Assembly (NCBI RefSeq): GCF_963921235.1
Contig: NC_086097.1
Coordinates: forward strand, 34,534,001-34,598,000
DNA length: 64,000 bases
DNA from: Mobula hypostoma
Taxonomy: Eukaryota
Direction: 5' to 3'
Part shown: positions 36,864 to 50,735 of the stretch, piece by piece
How positions within the stretch are numbered: position 1 is the stretch's first letter
Layout of the letters: every line of letters begins with the position of its first letter
The notes under the pieces: generated by a model
Database searches by the model: none
Seen by the model: the letters and a program-made list of their open reading frames with translations, nothing else
Told to the model about the DNA's origin: nothing
Position numbers and translations under genes: made by a program

Positions 36864-38797
36864 GTAAGTGTGTGATTTTAAGCATGTAACCTGTTACTTT
36901 TCGATTAAATTTAACTTTATTTGTTATCCTCCTTGACCCCTGACTCCCCATTTTACAGCATACCATTTGAAAGTGATGAGAAAGGATTATTATCATTCTT
37001 TAACTTTTGTAATTGATACATTTGTTAAATACCGTTAGAAGAAAAAGAAACTAGCAACTTAAAGTTAACTGTGTGTTTTAATTGACTCTTGTTCATTGCT
37101 TGCATAATTCTTTATTTTTGTCATTTTTTCTGGCCTTTTTTCCACAAAATATTCTAAATGCAATATAGTTAGCAATTTCTACATCACATGTCTGATAACA
37201 CTTCCTGAGGGGTATTAGTGATGTTTGCAGAATTTGAATTTCGAACTTTTGTTATCAGTTTCAACCGTAAATGATCTTTAAGTACATGCAATGTTCAAAA
37301 CAATTTGCACCTAACCTAACCCAAAGGATCTGAAAGTGTGGTTGGGTGGGGTTAGCAGTTTTGTTCATTCTGCTGTAGTGGTTAATGTTGTCTCGGTAGT
37401 AATTCTACATTGTTTTAAATATATTTTGATGCTTATACACAAGGGATGCAATGGAATTAATCAGATTTGGTTGGTCAATAATGGATAGCCACATGGACAA
37501 TACTTTCTTCCTTATCCTCCATGTTAATGTTTTGCAATTAACAATAAAGAAAAATAATGTTCTTCAATGGGAAGGCAAAAGGCAGCTTGATATCTACACT
37601 AGTCCATTTCAGAGTTAATGCTGCACAATGACAGACCCTTCAAATAAACCATACCCATGCTCACTATCAAGTCCAGCTTTCCAATTCCTATAAACTTCCT
37701 TGCTTTGGTAGTACACTCAGCTCTCAAAGGGCCTTTCCCACTTTTAGTATTTTATACCTACTGTAACCTCAATTTTTTTCTTTATCCCTTGATATCGCTT
37801 GACACCCCTTGACACAAATTTGTTGGATTTACTGTCATTAACTTTCACCTTTATGGGAATATGTTGGTCTTATGCACGCACCATTTCAATTTTGAATGTT
37901 TCCCTCTGGTCACTCACTTGCAAATAGTTGTTGCAGGTCTACATTAGCAAAGTCTTGGCTTACCACATTGAAATCAGCTTTTTGCCAGTTCAAGACACTG
38001 ATTTCTGATCAATTGTCACTTCCTATAACTGCCTTGAAACGAACAGTTATCGTTGTCTCACTGTCTCTTTACCATTTGCCTGGCTACGTTTCCTAAGATT
38101 AGGTCTAGTATTGACCTTCCTTTGGTAAGATTGTCTAAATACTTACATAGGTTCTTCTGTCTGCATTTTAAAAATTTTACCCTCATCTAATCCACTTGGA
38201 TTTAAGTCCTCCCACTTAACATTGGGAAAGTTGAAAACTCCTATTATTCTTACACTGCTGTGAATTGCTGGCATTTCTGGTCCTCTCCCTCCTGCTGACT
38301 GCAGTGTATTTGAAACAAAGTGACTGCCGCCTTTTCAAACATAAGCTCCACCCATGTGATTTAATCTAAAGACCTTTCCAGGAAATCCTCCCTCATTATT
38401 GTAGTAATGGACTCCTGTAATCAATAATTCAATACCATATCTTATATCCCTGCCCCTACCCTCTCCTTTTTAAACCGTGTCTCCAATGGCAACAATATCA
38501 TATTTCCATTTACTGATCATCCGCTCAGTTCATCACCTTTCCCTGTCATATTTCTTGCATTAAAGTAAATGCAGTTTAATCTGCCTATCATCCCATTTGC
38601 CTGATCGAATCTATATCTGTTCCGCCTACTAGACTGACCTAATGTTTCTTCTATATGTATTTGACTATACCTGCAGTCCAATTGTACATCTATTCTGTGT
38701 CCTATTTGCTTGCAAACTCAACTTAAATCTTCTCATAAGAGAACCAGCAAACCCCTTTGCAAGGATGTTGAAGTGTTCTGGTTAAAGTGCAACTCAT

Positions 38798-41526
38798 ATA
38801 ACCATATAACAATTACAGCACGGAAACAGGCCATCTCGGCCCTTCTAGTCTGTGCCGAACTCTTACTCTCACATAGTCCCACCGACCTGCACTCAGCCCA
38901 TAACCCTCCATTCCTTTCCTGTCCATATAGCTATCCAATTTAACTTCAAATGACAACATCGAACTTGCCTCAACCACTTCTGCTGGAAGCTCGTTCCGCA
39001 CAGCTACCACTCTCTGAGTAAAGAAGTTCCCCCTCATGTTACCCCTAAACTTTTGCCCTTTAACTCTCAACTCATGTCCTCTTGTTTGAATCTCCTCCAC
39101 TCTCAATGGAAAAAGCCTATCCACATCAACTCTATCTATCCCCCTCATAATTTTAAATACCTCTATCAAGTCCTCCCTCAACCTTCTACGCTCCAAAGAA
39201 TAAAGACCCAACTTGTTCAACCTTTCTCTGTAACTTAGGAGATGAAACCCAGGTAACATTCTAGTAAATCTTCTCTGTACTCTCCCAATTTTGTTAACAT
39301 CTTTCCTATAATTCGGTGACCAGAACTGTACACAATACTCCAAATTTGGCCTTACCAATGCATTGTATAATTTCAACATTACATCCCAACTCAGGGAACT
39401 ATGCACCATTATTCCTAGATCCCTCTGTTCTACTGCATTCTTCAATGCCCTACCATTTACCATGTATGTCCTATTTTGATTAGTCATACCAAAATGTAGC
39501 ACCTCACCCTTATCAGCATTAAACCCCATCTGCCATCTTTCAGCCCACTTTTCTAACTGGCCTAAATCTCTCTGCAAGCTTTGAAAACCTACTTCATTAT
39601 CCACAACGCCACCTATCTTAGTATTATCTGCATACTTACTCATCCAATTTACCACCCCATCATCCAGATCATTAATATATATGACAAACAACATTGAAAC
39701 CAGTACAGATCCTTGAGACACACCACCAGACACCGGCCTCCAATCTGACAGACAGTTATCCACCACTACTCTCTGGCGTCTCCCATCAGCCACTGCTGAA
39801 TCCATTTTACTACTTCAACAATTGAACCTTCCTAACTAACCTTCCATGTGGAACCTTGTCAAAGGCCTTACTGAAGTCCATATAGACAACATCCACTGCT
39901 TTACCCTCATTAACTTTCCTAGTAACCTCTTCAAAAAATTCAAAAAGATTTGTCAAACATGACCTTCTGTGCACAAATCCATGTTGACTGTTCCTAATCA
40001 GACCCTTTCTATCCAGATAATTATATATACCATCTCTAAGGATAATTTCCATCAATTTACCCACCACTGACGTCAAACTCACAGGCCGATAATTGCTAGA
40101 TTTACTCTTAGAACCCTTTTTAAACAATGGAACAACATGAGCAATACGCCAATCCTCCGGCACCATCCCCGTTTCTAATGACATTTGAAATATTTCTGTC
40201 AGAGCCCCTGCTATTTCCACACTAACTTCCCTCAAGGTTCTAGGGAATATCCTGTCAGGACCCGGGGACTTATCCACTTTTATATTCCTTAAAAGTGCCA
40301 GTACTTCCTCTTCTTTAATCATCATAGTTTCCATAACTACTCTACTTGTTTCCCTTACCTTACACAATTCAATATCCTTCTCCTTAGTGAATACAGAAGA
40401 AAAGAAATTGTTCAAAATCTCCCCCATCTCTTTTGGCTCCGCACATAGCCATCCACTCTGATTCTCTAAGGGACCAATTTTATCCCTCACTATCCTTTTG
40501 CTATTAATATAACTGTGGAAACCCCTTGGATTTATTTTCACCTTACTTGCCAAAGCAACCTCATATCTTCTTTTAGCTTTTCTAATTTCTTTCTTAAGAT
40601 TCTTTTTACACTCTTTATATTCCTCGAGCACCTCATTTACTTCAAGCTGCCTATATTTATTGTAGATCTCTCTCTTTTTCCGAACCAAGTTTCCAATATT
40701 CATTGAAAACCATGGCTCTCGCAAACTTTTAACCTTTCCTTTCAACCTAACAGGAACATAAAGATTCTGTACCCTCAGAATTTCACCTTTAAATGACATT
40801 ACTACATATTCTCTATTACATCCTTCCCATAAAACAAATTGTCCCAATCCACTCCTTTTAAATCCTTTCGCATCTCCTCAAAGTTAGCCTTTCTTCAATC
40901 AAAAATCTCAACCCTGGGTCCAGTCCTATCCTTCTCCATAATTATATTGAAACTAATGGCATTGTGATCACTGGACCCGAAGTACTCTCTCTGTCACCTG
41001 ACCTATCTCATTCCCTAACAGGAGATGCAACACTGCCTCTTGTCTGGTTCTATGTATTGCTGCAAAAAACCATCTTGCACACATTTTACCAACTCCAAAC
41101 CATCCAGCCCTTTTACAGAATGGGTTTTTCAGTCTATGTGTGGAAAATTAAAATCTCCCACAATCACAACCTTGTGCTTACTACAAATATCCGCTATATC
41201 CTTACAAATTTGCTCCTCCAATTCTCGCTCCCCATTAGATGGTCTATAATATACTCCTATAAGCGTTACTACACCTTTCCCATTCCACAATTCCACCCAA
41301 ATAGCCTCCCTAGACTAGTCCCCTAATCTATCCTGCCAAAGCACCACTGAAATATTTTCTCTGACAAGCAATGCAACACCTCCGCCTCTATCACCTCCGA
41401 TTCTATCACACCTGAAGCAACGAAATCCAGGAATATTTAGTTGCCAATCACACCCCTCCAGCAACCATGTTTCACTAATAGCTACAACATCATATTTCCA
41501 GGTATCAATCCATGCTCTAAGCTCCA
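38798..41526 (-). mobile_element. Relatively young CR1 LINE ORF2 (EN + RT) nested in an older CR1
   Basis: ORFs with VVAISETWL (endonuclease), YRPVSLTS, DFSKAFDKV, QGSVL and YADN. Short tandem tail; candidate TSD AACTCAT (38791-38797 / 41527-41533). Confidence 0.92.
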
Positions 41527-42384
41527 AACTCATCCAGCTGATGTACATCCCAATTTCTTCAGAAGTGGTCCTGATATCCCCAAACTCTCTAATGTCAACC
41601 CTGCTATTCCATTCCTTTAGCCACATGTTCATCTGAGCTGACGTTCTACTCATTGGCATTTGGTACCTAAATCCATGATGCAGAACCTCATTCACCTTAT
41701 TACTTATACTGTTAGTACCAATGTTAACCCTTAGTTCTTGCTGTTTACTCCGCTCCTTGAGAATGCCCTTCATCTGTGCCAGCACATCCTTGACCCGGTA
41801 CCAGAGAGGCAACACAGCATCCTGTATGTATACTTAAAACCTCTGAAATGCCTGCTTGTTCCCTTCTCTATTAAATCACCTATCTCTCTTTCCCTCATAG
41901 TGCAGCTGGTCTTGTCCGAAAACGTTAACCTCTAATATTTTCTATTTCAGAAACAGTTTTGAAGTGAGATGCACTCTGGTGTTTTCCTGCCTTCCCCTTC
42001 CCATCTGCCTTTCTCTAACCGGTGGTCACCTCATCCTTCTCTGAAGATCTATTAAAACTGCAGGATGGCGTCCTCTAAAGCTTGTTATCCACTGAACTAT
42101 CAACGTGGCACCTCCAGCCAGTGATGAATCTCTGAAACCCAGTACTCACACTGTGAAAAGAGAGTATATTTCACTAAGCCCACAGAAAGGGTTTCCAAAC
42201 CCCACATACTGCAGGCTGTACAGTACATGGGAATAGGCATCACACTGTCCTACTGTTTATAATCTAATCCCTATACTTTTCTTGAAAAAGATAAACGGTT
42301 TTGATCTTTTTATTATTTAGAGATACAACACAATAACAGGCACTTCCAGCCCAATGAAATCACACTGGCTAACTATTTTAACCT

Positions 42385-43992
42385 ATTCCCTCCGGAACCA
42401 ACTCATAAATCCCGAGTATCGCCTCTTTCACCACATCATACCTCTGGGCATCTTCTGCGGACAATGCCGAGTAAGCTTGCTGGGCTTTTCCTTTAAGTAC
42501 ACTCTGAAGCAAAACAGCCCACTTATCCCTCGGCCGGTCCTGACTTACAGCGACTTTTTCAAAATGGAGAAAGTACCGATCAACATCGACCTCCTCAAAT
42601 GGGGGAACCAGCCTAACCTCCTGGGTCGCCCTGAACCCTCCACCTTGGCTCGGCATGGGCCCCTGCGCTAGCGTCATCCTTAACTTTTCCAGCTCAAATT
42701 CCCTTTCCCTCTGTTTCTCTCTGTCTTGTCGCTCTAACTGCCTCTTTTCTCATTCTAACTGCCTGTCCCTTTCTTCTCGTTCCAGCTGTTTTACCCGGAA
42801 CTCATGCTCGAGTCTCAATTTTTCAATCTGCAGCTGTACTGCTTCTCCACCACGTTTTCCCATAGATACCACCTCCAGCTCCCTTTGGGGAAACACACCT
42901 TTAGATACATAGTGCTCTATGATAGCTCTGTGCATCTCCACTCTCCTCATTGTTGACTTCCCCTTAAAAAATTCAACCGTTTGGCCACAGTTGCCAATTC
43001 TGATTTCCTGGCATCCTCTAATGCCTCCAAGGTTGGCGCCTGTAGAAATTCCTCAATCTCCATTTCTGCTGTTTGCCCTTTCTTTCTTTCGGGAATTTTA
43101 ACCCAATCAATTTACCTAGTCCCAAATTTGGCGTTCAAAATCGCGAACGGGAACCCCACTTATGTTACGTACCCTGTAACTGGGTTGCCAAACCAGCAGA
43201 AATGGACCACTTAGTTGGAGTCTGGTTTTAAAGAAGCTAATAAAGTTTTTTTAAAGAAATAAGTGACACAGTACTCTAATCGTAAAGATATAAATGCAAA
43301 CAGGTTAGCAATGATAAAACACGCATGTAAACAGAACTAGGGTAATAGAAATCAACCAAGCTCTATCACAGTCTAGGGGTAAAATGATCAGTCTCAAGTG
43401 ACACAGAATTCAGTTCAGCTTAGTACAGTTCGCAGTAATCGCTGTTGTGCCGTTGGAGAGAGAGAGAGATAATATGCAAATCTGATTCAGACAGACCTTT
43501 GTTCTTCGCAGTTAGCTTTCGGGCGAACCCTTTTAATGTCTTCTGTGGTCACCGACCGTGACCCCTCCGTTCTGGATACGACCGTTCTTCTGCGGTGAAC
43601 CCGGCACCCAGGCAAGGGCGGACACACACCAGGTTCCCACCGATCGTACCTTTTCACCCTGGGCGTCTATGGTCGGTTCACGCGACCAGACCTCCAAACT
43701 CCCACCAACTTGTGGGGGCACACCGCTCTTCCAGGGTCTCATTATCTCGTGATCTCGTGGTGTGTGTCGTGTCTTAGCGAACCTGCTCCTTTTATCCCCC
43801 TGCTGGGGTATCGCCTGTCCATCAAACTTCAAACAGTTCAGGTTCAAAGCAACCGGTCTGTCAATACTCGGAACTGTGTGTCTTTTTGTTAATCTCTCTC
43901 TTCTCTCTTATTAGCATTTTGAATGTTTCTCCATTGTCTCCCTTATCTCTCTCATCAGCATCAATCTTCTGATAACTTGGTTTGTCGTCACA
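42385..43992 (-). mobile_element. Truncated Gypsy (Gmr1-like) element: 5' LTR (43163-43992) plus gag N-terminus
   Basis: TG...CA-bounded LTR, PBS-like TGGGGTTCCCGTTCGCGAT, and gag ORFs 42750-42950 and 42378-42677 (LVPPFEE.DVD.YF.HFEKVA...W..LLQSVLKGKAQ.AY). No second LTR. Confidence 0.82.
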
Positions 43993-44398
43993 GTAGACAT
44001 GATCAGAAACATCCCGGACCTTGGCACCTGAGAGGCAAACTACTATCCGTGTTTCTTTCCTGCATCCACAGAATCTCCTGTCTGACCCCCTAACTATAGA
44101 GTCCCCTATCACTGCTGCCGTCCTCTTCCTTTCCCTACCTTTCTGAATCACAGGGCCAGACTGTTGCTTCCCCTAGGTAGGTCGTTTCTCTCCCCGCCCC
44201 CCCCCCACCAACAGTACAGGTTTCCCCCGCCATCCGAAGGTAAGAGCATTCCTATGAAATGCTTCGTAAGCCAGAATGTCGTAAAGTGAAGAAGCATTTA
44301 CCATTTATTTGTATGGGAAAAATTTGTGAGCGTTCACAGACCCAAAAAATAACCTACCAAATCATGCCAAATAGCACATAAAACCTAAAATAACAGTG

Positions 44399-45786
44399 GT
44401 CATCGTCATGGCTATCCCTCGAGGTTGAGGATGATGGTCTTCGTTCTGTTGATCTACTTGTGGGCTCTCAAATGGCTTATGAGTCCAATCTTGGCTTTGA
44501 AAGTTCTTCCACATTCAGGACAGGTAGTTCCAGATGGCAGATCGGGCTTTGGTTGTTGCTGCCTCTCTTTCCATTTTCTTCTCTTTTCTTCTAATTCTGC
44601 ACATCTGCTGGCTTCGAAAGTTGCTGTTCCTTCTCGGATGATGGCTTGCCAGAGTTTCCTGTCCTTGGCATTAGTTTCCCAATTGTTGATTTCAATGTTA
44701 CATTTCTTTGTGTTGGCTTTTAAGACGTCTTTGAGTCTCTTCTGTTGTCCACCTCTTTTACGTTTGCCTTCTTTAAGCTGGGAGTAGAAGATTTGTTTCA
44801 GCAGACGTTCGTCTTTCATCCAAACAACATGACCGCTCCATGTTAGTTGGTTCTTGATGACGTAGGCTTCAGTGCTTGTTGTTTTTGCTTCATTTAGCAC
44901 ACTGACGTTGGTTCTTCTATCTTCCCAGCTGATATTTAAGATGTTTCGAAGACAGCGTTGATGGAACTTTTCAACTGCCTTCAGATGTCGTCGGTATGTT
45001 GTCCAGGTTTCTGATGCATACAGGAGCGTTGGGTTTACCACTGCTTTGTACAGTAACATTTTGGTGTCTGTTCGGATGTCACGATCTTGAAAGACTCTTG
45101 TCGGAGACATCTAAAAGCTGTTCCAGCGCATTTAAGACAATGTTGGATCTCGTCATTAAGGTCAACATTGGAGGAGAGGTGACTTTCAAGATAAGGGAAG
45201 TGGTCCACGTTTTCCAGGGTTGTTTCACCAAGTTGGATTGATGGTTCTATCTGATTTGTCTCAATTAATGACGGTTGATAGATGATCTGAGTCTTCTTGG
45301 AATTGATGGGAAGTCCAAGTTTCGTGTATGCACGGTTGAAGGGAGTCAGAATCTGTTGCAGATGGTTTTCTGAAAGAGCTGCAACACTATTGTCATCTGC
45401 GTATTGGAACTCGATGAGGGAACTTGTGGATGTCTTTGTTTTGGACTTGAGACAGGCAAGATTGAAAAGTTTTCCATCTGTTCTGTAGACAATTTCGATT
45501 CCTGGGGGTAGGTCGTCCTTGATAATGTGGATGATTGTCGCAATGAAGATGGTGAACAAAGTTGGGGCAATCACGCATCCCTGTTTTTACTCCTGATCTA
45601 ACTTGAAAAGGCTCATAGTTACTGTTGCTGACCATGACCGTGGCAAGAATGCCATCGTGGAGGAGTCTCAGGATTCGAATGTACTCTTCAGGGCATCCAT
45701 AGGTGGATAGGACATCCCATAGGAGTTCCCTTGATACCGAGTCAAAGGCTTTGGTGAGGTCGATGAATGCCATGTACAAAGGTTGA
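44399..45786 (-). mobile_element. RTE-clade LINE nested in Tigger
   Basis: FIDLTKAFDSV, APTLF, QYADD, LLYASETWT, and a C-terminal CPECGRTF...SHLRAH zinc finger. Confidence 0.9.
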
Positions 45787-46103
45787 AGTAACATACAGTA
45801 AAAGCAGGAATGATATGATAAATATACAGCCTATATAAAGTAGAAATACTTTTCTACAATCATTGCCACACTGTTCTCCATAGCGAAAATCTCACACAAG
45901 CGCTCTCGGCAGAAACACTTTCTCCAGTAACCTTTAAGCTATGAAGCTGCCAAATCATACCAAATAACGCATAACAATACACAGCCCATATAAAGTAGAA
46001 ATAATGTATGTACAGTGTAGTATCACTTACCAGAATCGAGAAGTCAGCGCCGAGCACACTGATGATGGTGTGTTAGGCTGAGTCGTTGGAGGTTGGGATG
46101 GTG

Positions 46104-46443
46104 CAGTGGTCCCCAACCTCCGGGCAGCGAACCGATACCGATCCGCGGAGAATGCAGCGGTAGCCAGGACACGCCCAGCACATCTTTAAGAAAAAAGCCG
46201 AAATTAACAAGCTAATTAATTAGATGCCGCCCAGCATGTAAATGTCAGCCCAGATCAGAGGTGACGCAGTCGGCAATCGCCTCTGATCTGGGCCGACATT
46301 TACGTGCCGGGCGGCACCTAATTAATTAGCTTGTTTATTTTGGCTTTTTTCTTAAAGATGTGCTGGGTGCGTCCCGGCTACCTGTGCATTCTTCGCGGCA
46401 ATGTATCGGTCCGCGGCCCGGGGGTTGGGGTGGTGGGACACTG
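46104..46443. repeat. ~320-bp foldback / hAT-type MITE
   Basis: Arms 46111-~46264 and ~46276-46430 are reverse complements. Left end CAGTGGTCCCCAACC resembles a hAT-Charlie TIR. Confidence 0.85.
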
Positions 46444-47749
46444 GGGTGTCATCTCATCGTCGTCTGTTTCCATCAGGGCAGGCAGGTCATCTTCTTCTAT
46501 GTGTGCCTGCCTCCATGTCAAAGATCGAGGTTCGTCGTCTGCTGTGGCTGATGTGGAAGGCTTGCTTGACTGCTTAGCCTCGCACATTTTTCTATCATAC
46601 AGTTCTTTGTAAGGACTCAAACCATCTTGCGAGTATACCCTAAATCAACGTACCCTTTCAAAATTAAAGTCGTACTTTCTGCAATAATTGCAGCAAAAAT
46701 CTCACGCAGTTGCTTCACGTTCAGTTCCTGGGCGACTTCACTTTCAGTCCGTTCGCTACTGTATTCAGTTTCGATTGTTATCCTTTCCTCTTCCAATTGC
46801 ATCAGCATCTATCAGTTCTTGGTCATGGGATGCCAAAACCTCTTCAACATCATCTTCTTCAACCTCCACAAACCAAAGTCACTTTGTCCTTCCTTTGTTC
46901 ACCACAATCAAAACGCTTAATTATGTCTAGTTTTACGCTAAGTGTAACACCCTTACGAGCTCTTTCAGGCCGATACCTTAGAACTCATCTTGCTAATGGC
47001 TGCTCACAGGCACGTGTTTAAGCAATGCCGGCTAGAATGCAGTTCCGGGGGAGGAGCTTGGCTGCTCGGGGCGGGCGCTGCCTTTTTTTGTAACAGTGAA
47101 AGTACCTTCTGTTAGCAAAAACAGGTAACTAATGTAGGTCTTTCATAACAGTGAGGTTTTGTAAAGCGAACGTTCGAAAAGCAGGGGACACCTGTACTGA
47201 AACAGGAGTACTCATTGTTAAGGGGGACAGCCACAGGTACTCTCTAGTAATGACTCTTGCCCTTCCCTCTCCTGACTGTTACCCACTTATCTGTCTCCTG
47301 AGGCCCCGGTGTGACTACTTGCCGATAGCTCCTCTCCATCACCTCCTCACTTTCCCTAACCAGACTAAGCTCATCGAGCTGCATCTCCAGTTCCCTAATG
47401 TAGTCCCTGAGGAGCTGCAGCTCAACGCACCTGGCACAGATGTGGCTGTCCAGGAGACATCCCACATCTGACACCCAGTACAGAACAGCAGCCTTGCAAA
47501 CATACTTCCTATTCCTATTCTTCACAAGTAACTTACCTCACTTCGACACGTTATCGCCATTGATCTAATGTGGCAGTTAAGGATCATTACATTAATCTCT
47601 TTGTGTCATGTGTTGCTAATTTACACTGCACAGAAACAGGCCCATGGACCTACAGAGTCCAGACCAACCATTGAACAACCAGCTCTACATCAGTTGCATT
47701 TTTAGTCACTTCACAATCTCATTAAATCTCACCAGGTTCTAGACAATTC

Positions 47750-48535
47750 ATCATCATCATCAGGTGCCATGCCCAGTTTCAGCTTTGACTGCCATGGCCC
47801 ACACACTCCTGTTTCGGGTCAAGTGGATCTATTCATTGGTTTTCATTTCTGGTTCTCCGGCTTCTGTCTCTATCATCATTTGTCTTTGTCTTCCTCTTGC
47901 TTTCTTTCCTTCAATCTTTCCCATAATTACCATGCATTCTAACTCCTCTTTCCTAATCACATGTCCAATGAAGTCAAGTTGTCTTTTCATGATTTCATAC
48001 ATTATTTCTCTTTCTGTGTTTGCTCTGTTCATGACATCCTCGTTAGATATTCGTTTCATCCTTGATATTGTTTGCATCCTCCTCAAAAACCACGTCTCTG
48101 CTGCTTCAATTTGTTTCCTCATGTTACTAGATACTGTCCAACATTCTGAGCCATATAACATAACTGGATAAACGTAACGTTTCAGTACTCTGAGGCGGGT
48201 TGTCATGCCCAGTTTAGTATTGGTCAGTATACTCTTCATTCTCGTAAAGGTGTCACCGTATTCTTTTTTTCATGTCCATGTCGCACCTGCCATCTGATGT
48301 CACCCAGCTTCCGAAGTAGCAAATGTTCTGTACTTGTTTTATGTCTTCCCCGTTTATTCTCAACCTGCAGATAGGATTCTCCTTCTTTTTGGATATCCCC
48401 ATACATTCTGTGTTTTTGCAATTGATGATAGACCCATTTTTGCACTTTCTTCAACAACTATATCAATTAAGTTTTATAGTTCTTCCTCTGAACATGCAAT
48501 TAACACAGTATCATCCGCATATCTGAAATTATTGA
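47750..48535 (-). mobile_element. RTE-clade LINE 3' fragment
   Basis: NNFRYADDTVLIA; MLYGSECWT; GKIEGKKARGRQR; (GAT)n tail. Confidence 0.85.
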
Positions 48536-48724
48536 TTAGACTACATATTAGATTACACAATTGATAATGGCTAACCTCCACATCTTTCCTCCACGTGTCA
48601 GAGGAAATCCATGCAGTCACATGAAGCATGTGCAGACTCCACACAGACCAGGTCAGGACTGAACCTGGGTCTCTGGCACCTTGAGGGAGTGGCTCCACTA
48701 GCTGCACAGCAGTGCTGCCTACAA

Positions 48725-49150
48725 TGGCACAGTGCTTCCTCTACAACAGAGAAACCAAATTCAGATTAGGTAATTATTTTGCAGAACACCTCCTCTTAGT
48801 CCCTGATTTCCTGGATGCCTTGCAGTATAATTCACCATCTCGCTCCAACTCTTGCCTTTCTATTTGTGGCCTTTTGCTTCGTTATGAGGTTCAGCCAAAG
48901 CTTGCGGAACAACACCTCGTCTTCTGCAATTTGCAGTCTGTAGAACTCAGTAGTAAATTCTGTACATTTACATCACTCACTCTTTCTTTCTGTTTGTCTC
49001 TGAATCAGCTATTTCTGAGTCCTGAGGAAGGGTCTCATCCCAAAACGTCGACTGTTAATTCATTTCCATAGATGCTGCCTGGCCTGCTGAGTTCCCCCAG
49101 CATTTTGTGTGTGTTGCTTTGGATTTCCAGCATCTGCAGATATTCTCCTG
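48725..49150 (+). mobile_element. Decayed Penelope 3' end with pLTR
   Basis: ORF 48712-49071 (RLGNYFAEHL; LAEQHLVF) followed by the pLTR tail. Confidence 0.7.
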
Positions 49151-50735
49151 TCCAATGGCAAGTTATCTTTTTTCCCTTTTTTCCTAAGTTTGGCCTGCTG
49201 AGCGTGTCCTACAGTCTTCTCATTAGCAACACAAACAAACAAGCTTAATTTCTGATTTGCACTGCCTGGTAAGGTCATTTAGTCTCAGCCTATCAGAAAT
49301 ATTCACTTTGGACCACCCACTTTTCATCATCTTTCATTGTTAGCTAAACTAATGTGTTTTCTCTCTTTTGCAGTTCTGGTGAAAGATCCCAGCCCTGAAA
49401 CATTAATCCTGTTTCTTTCTGCAGATTTGCGTGACCTGCTGAATATTTCCAGTATTTTCTATTTTTATGTACATTTTATGGTTTAACTTGGCAGGAATCT
49501 GAGTTTTTTGCTTAAAAATAAAAAAAAAGGAAAAGTCGGCTGATGTTTATTTGGCAGTTATAAACTCTTGTACTGATAGCTATATAACAGATGGCTAGAT
49601 TTGTTGAATAGTTTGAGACTAAGCATAATGGTACACAGAGGCAATGACCTCCATTTTGAGTAATGGTAAGCAATGAGAAAAATTGTAAATGAGTTGTATA
49701 CACTGAATATCTAATGTACTTGTTTCTCTAGATGCCATTCATTTGTTACATTGACAATTCAGTTATTCCCAAGGTACATTGAACTTGTGTTTAGGAAAGC
49801 AATATTTCTAATTGCAGTTTATTTTGGGGGGAAAAAAATTCAAGCTTATGTTAAAATTGGCTGGAAATTTAAAATGACCGGATGGCTCTGACAGGGTCAT
49901 ATATCTATGGTACAAAACAAACAGAACTGTAAAATCGTATTTTGCTTTCTCCTGTAGAATGATGTGTAAATCTGAAGAATCCAGCTCAGAGTAATTGAAA
50001 TTTTTTTACATGAATTCTTGATAATAAACTTAATGCAAGATTTGACCTTTTTTGGAATTAAAACTGGAGTTGTAAAATTATTATTCCCATTTTTTAATGT
50101 ATATACCCACCATATACAGTGTGTATTTTATTTGCATCTTTTCTATTAATAGCTGATTATTTCACAGTGAGCGCAGTGATGCATGATTAGTCTTGTGACT
50201 CCTCTATGGCCTCTGTGATTCAACTAGTCATTGATGTGTTGTACTTTGGGAGTCTAATTGAGTTTTTCTGAAATAGTTCTTAGCACTATTTTATGCCATT
50301 TTTTCTCTCCCTAAACTGCCACAATACTCCTCTGATTGCTCTGGCATTCCATTGATGATTTCAGGGAAGATTTTAATTTTTTTTTCATTCAACGGTTTAA
50401 AAATCTTGGATGCTATAAATAGGACAGCAAAAAACCAATCTGGTAATGCGGATGTCCACAGACGTCAGGGTTTGTGTGGATAAGGAGGACAGAAAGGACC
50501 TGGTTCTAAGCTAAATTATTCTGTGAAGTATTCATGACATTGCTCCAACCTCCAACCAAACTACCTCTAGTAAGTCATTGTAAGAAAAATTCTAGTGAAT
50601 TACTTCAATCTGTAAAACCATGATTTGGCATGGTCTACTATAGAAACAATGAATAGTAATCTAACACCCACAATTACAAATGAAGTATTGTACCATTTCA
50701 CCATGAAAAACTCCGATCCTATACCTTGATTTTAT

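Larger units (their letters stand above)
44217..47194 (-). mobile_element. Non-autonomous Tigger/pogo (Tc1/mariner) DNA transposon
   Basis: TA|CAGGTTTCCCC ... GGGGACACCTG|TA termini. TIGD1-like C-terminal remnants (LMQLEEERI; PYKELYDRK) at 46378-46808. Confidence 0.82.
43993..47530 (-). mobile_element. CR1 ORF1 remnant (zinc finger + SGNH esterase) split by the Tigger insertion
   Basis: 47244-47525 (C..C...HICARC...IRELEMQL) and 43993-44151 (AVIGDSIVRG) rejoin across the TA site. Confidence 0.75.
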
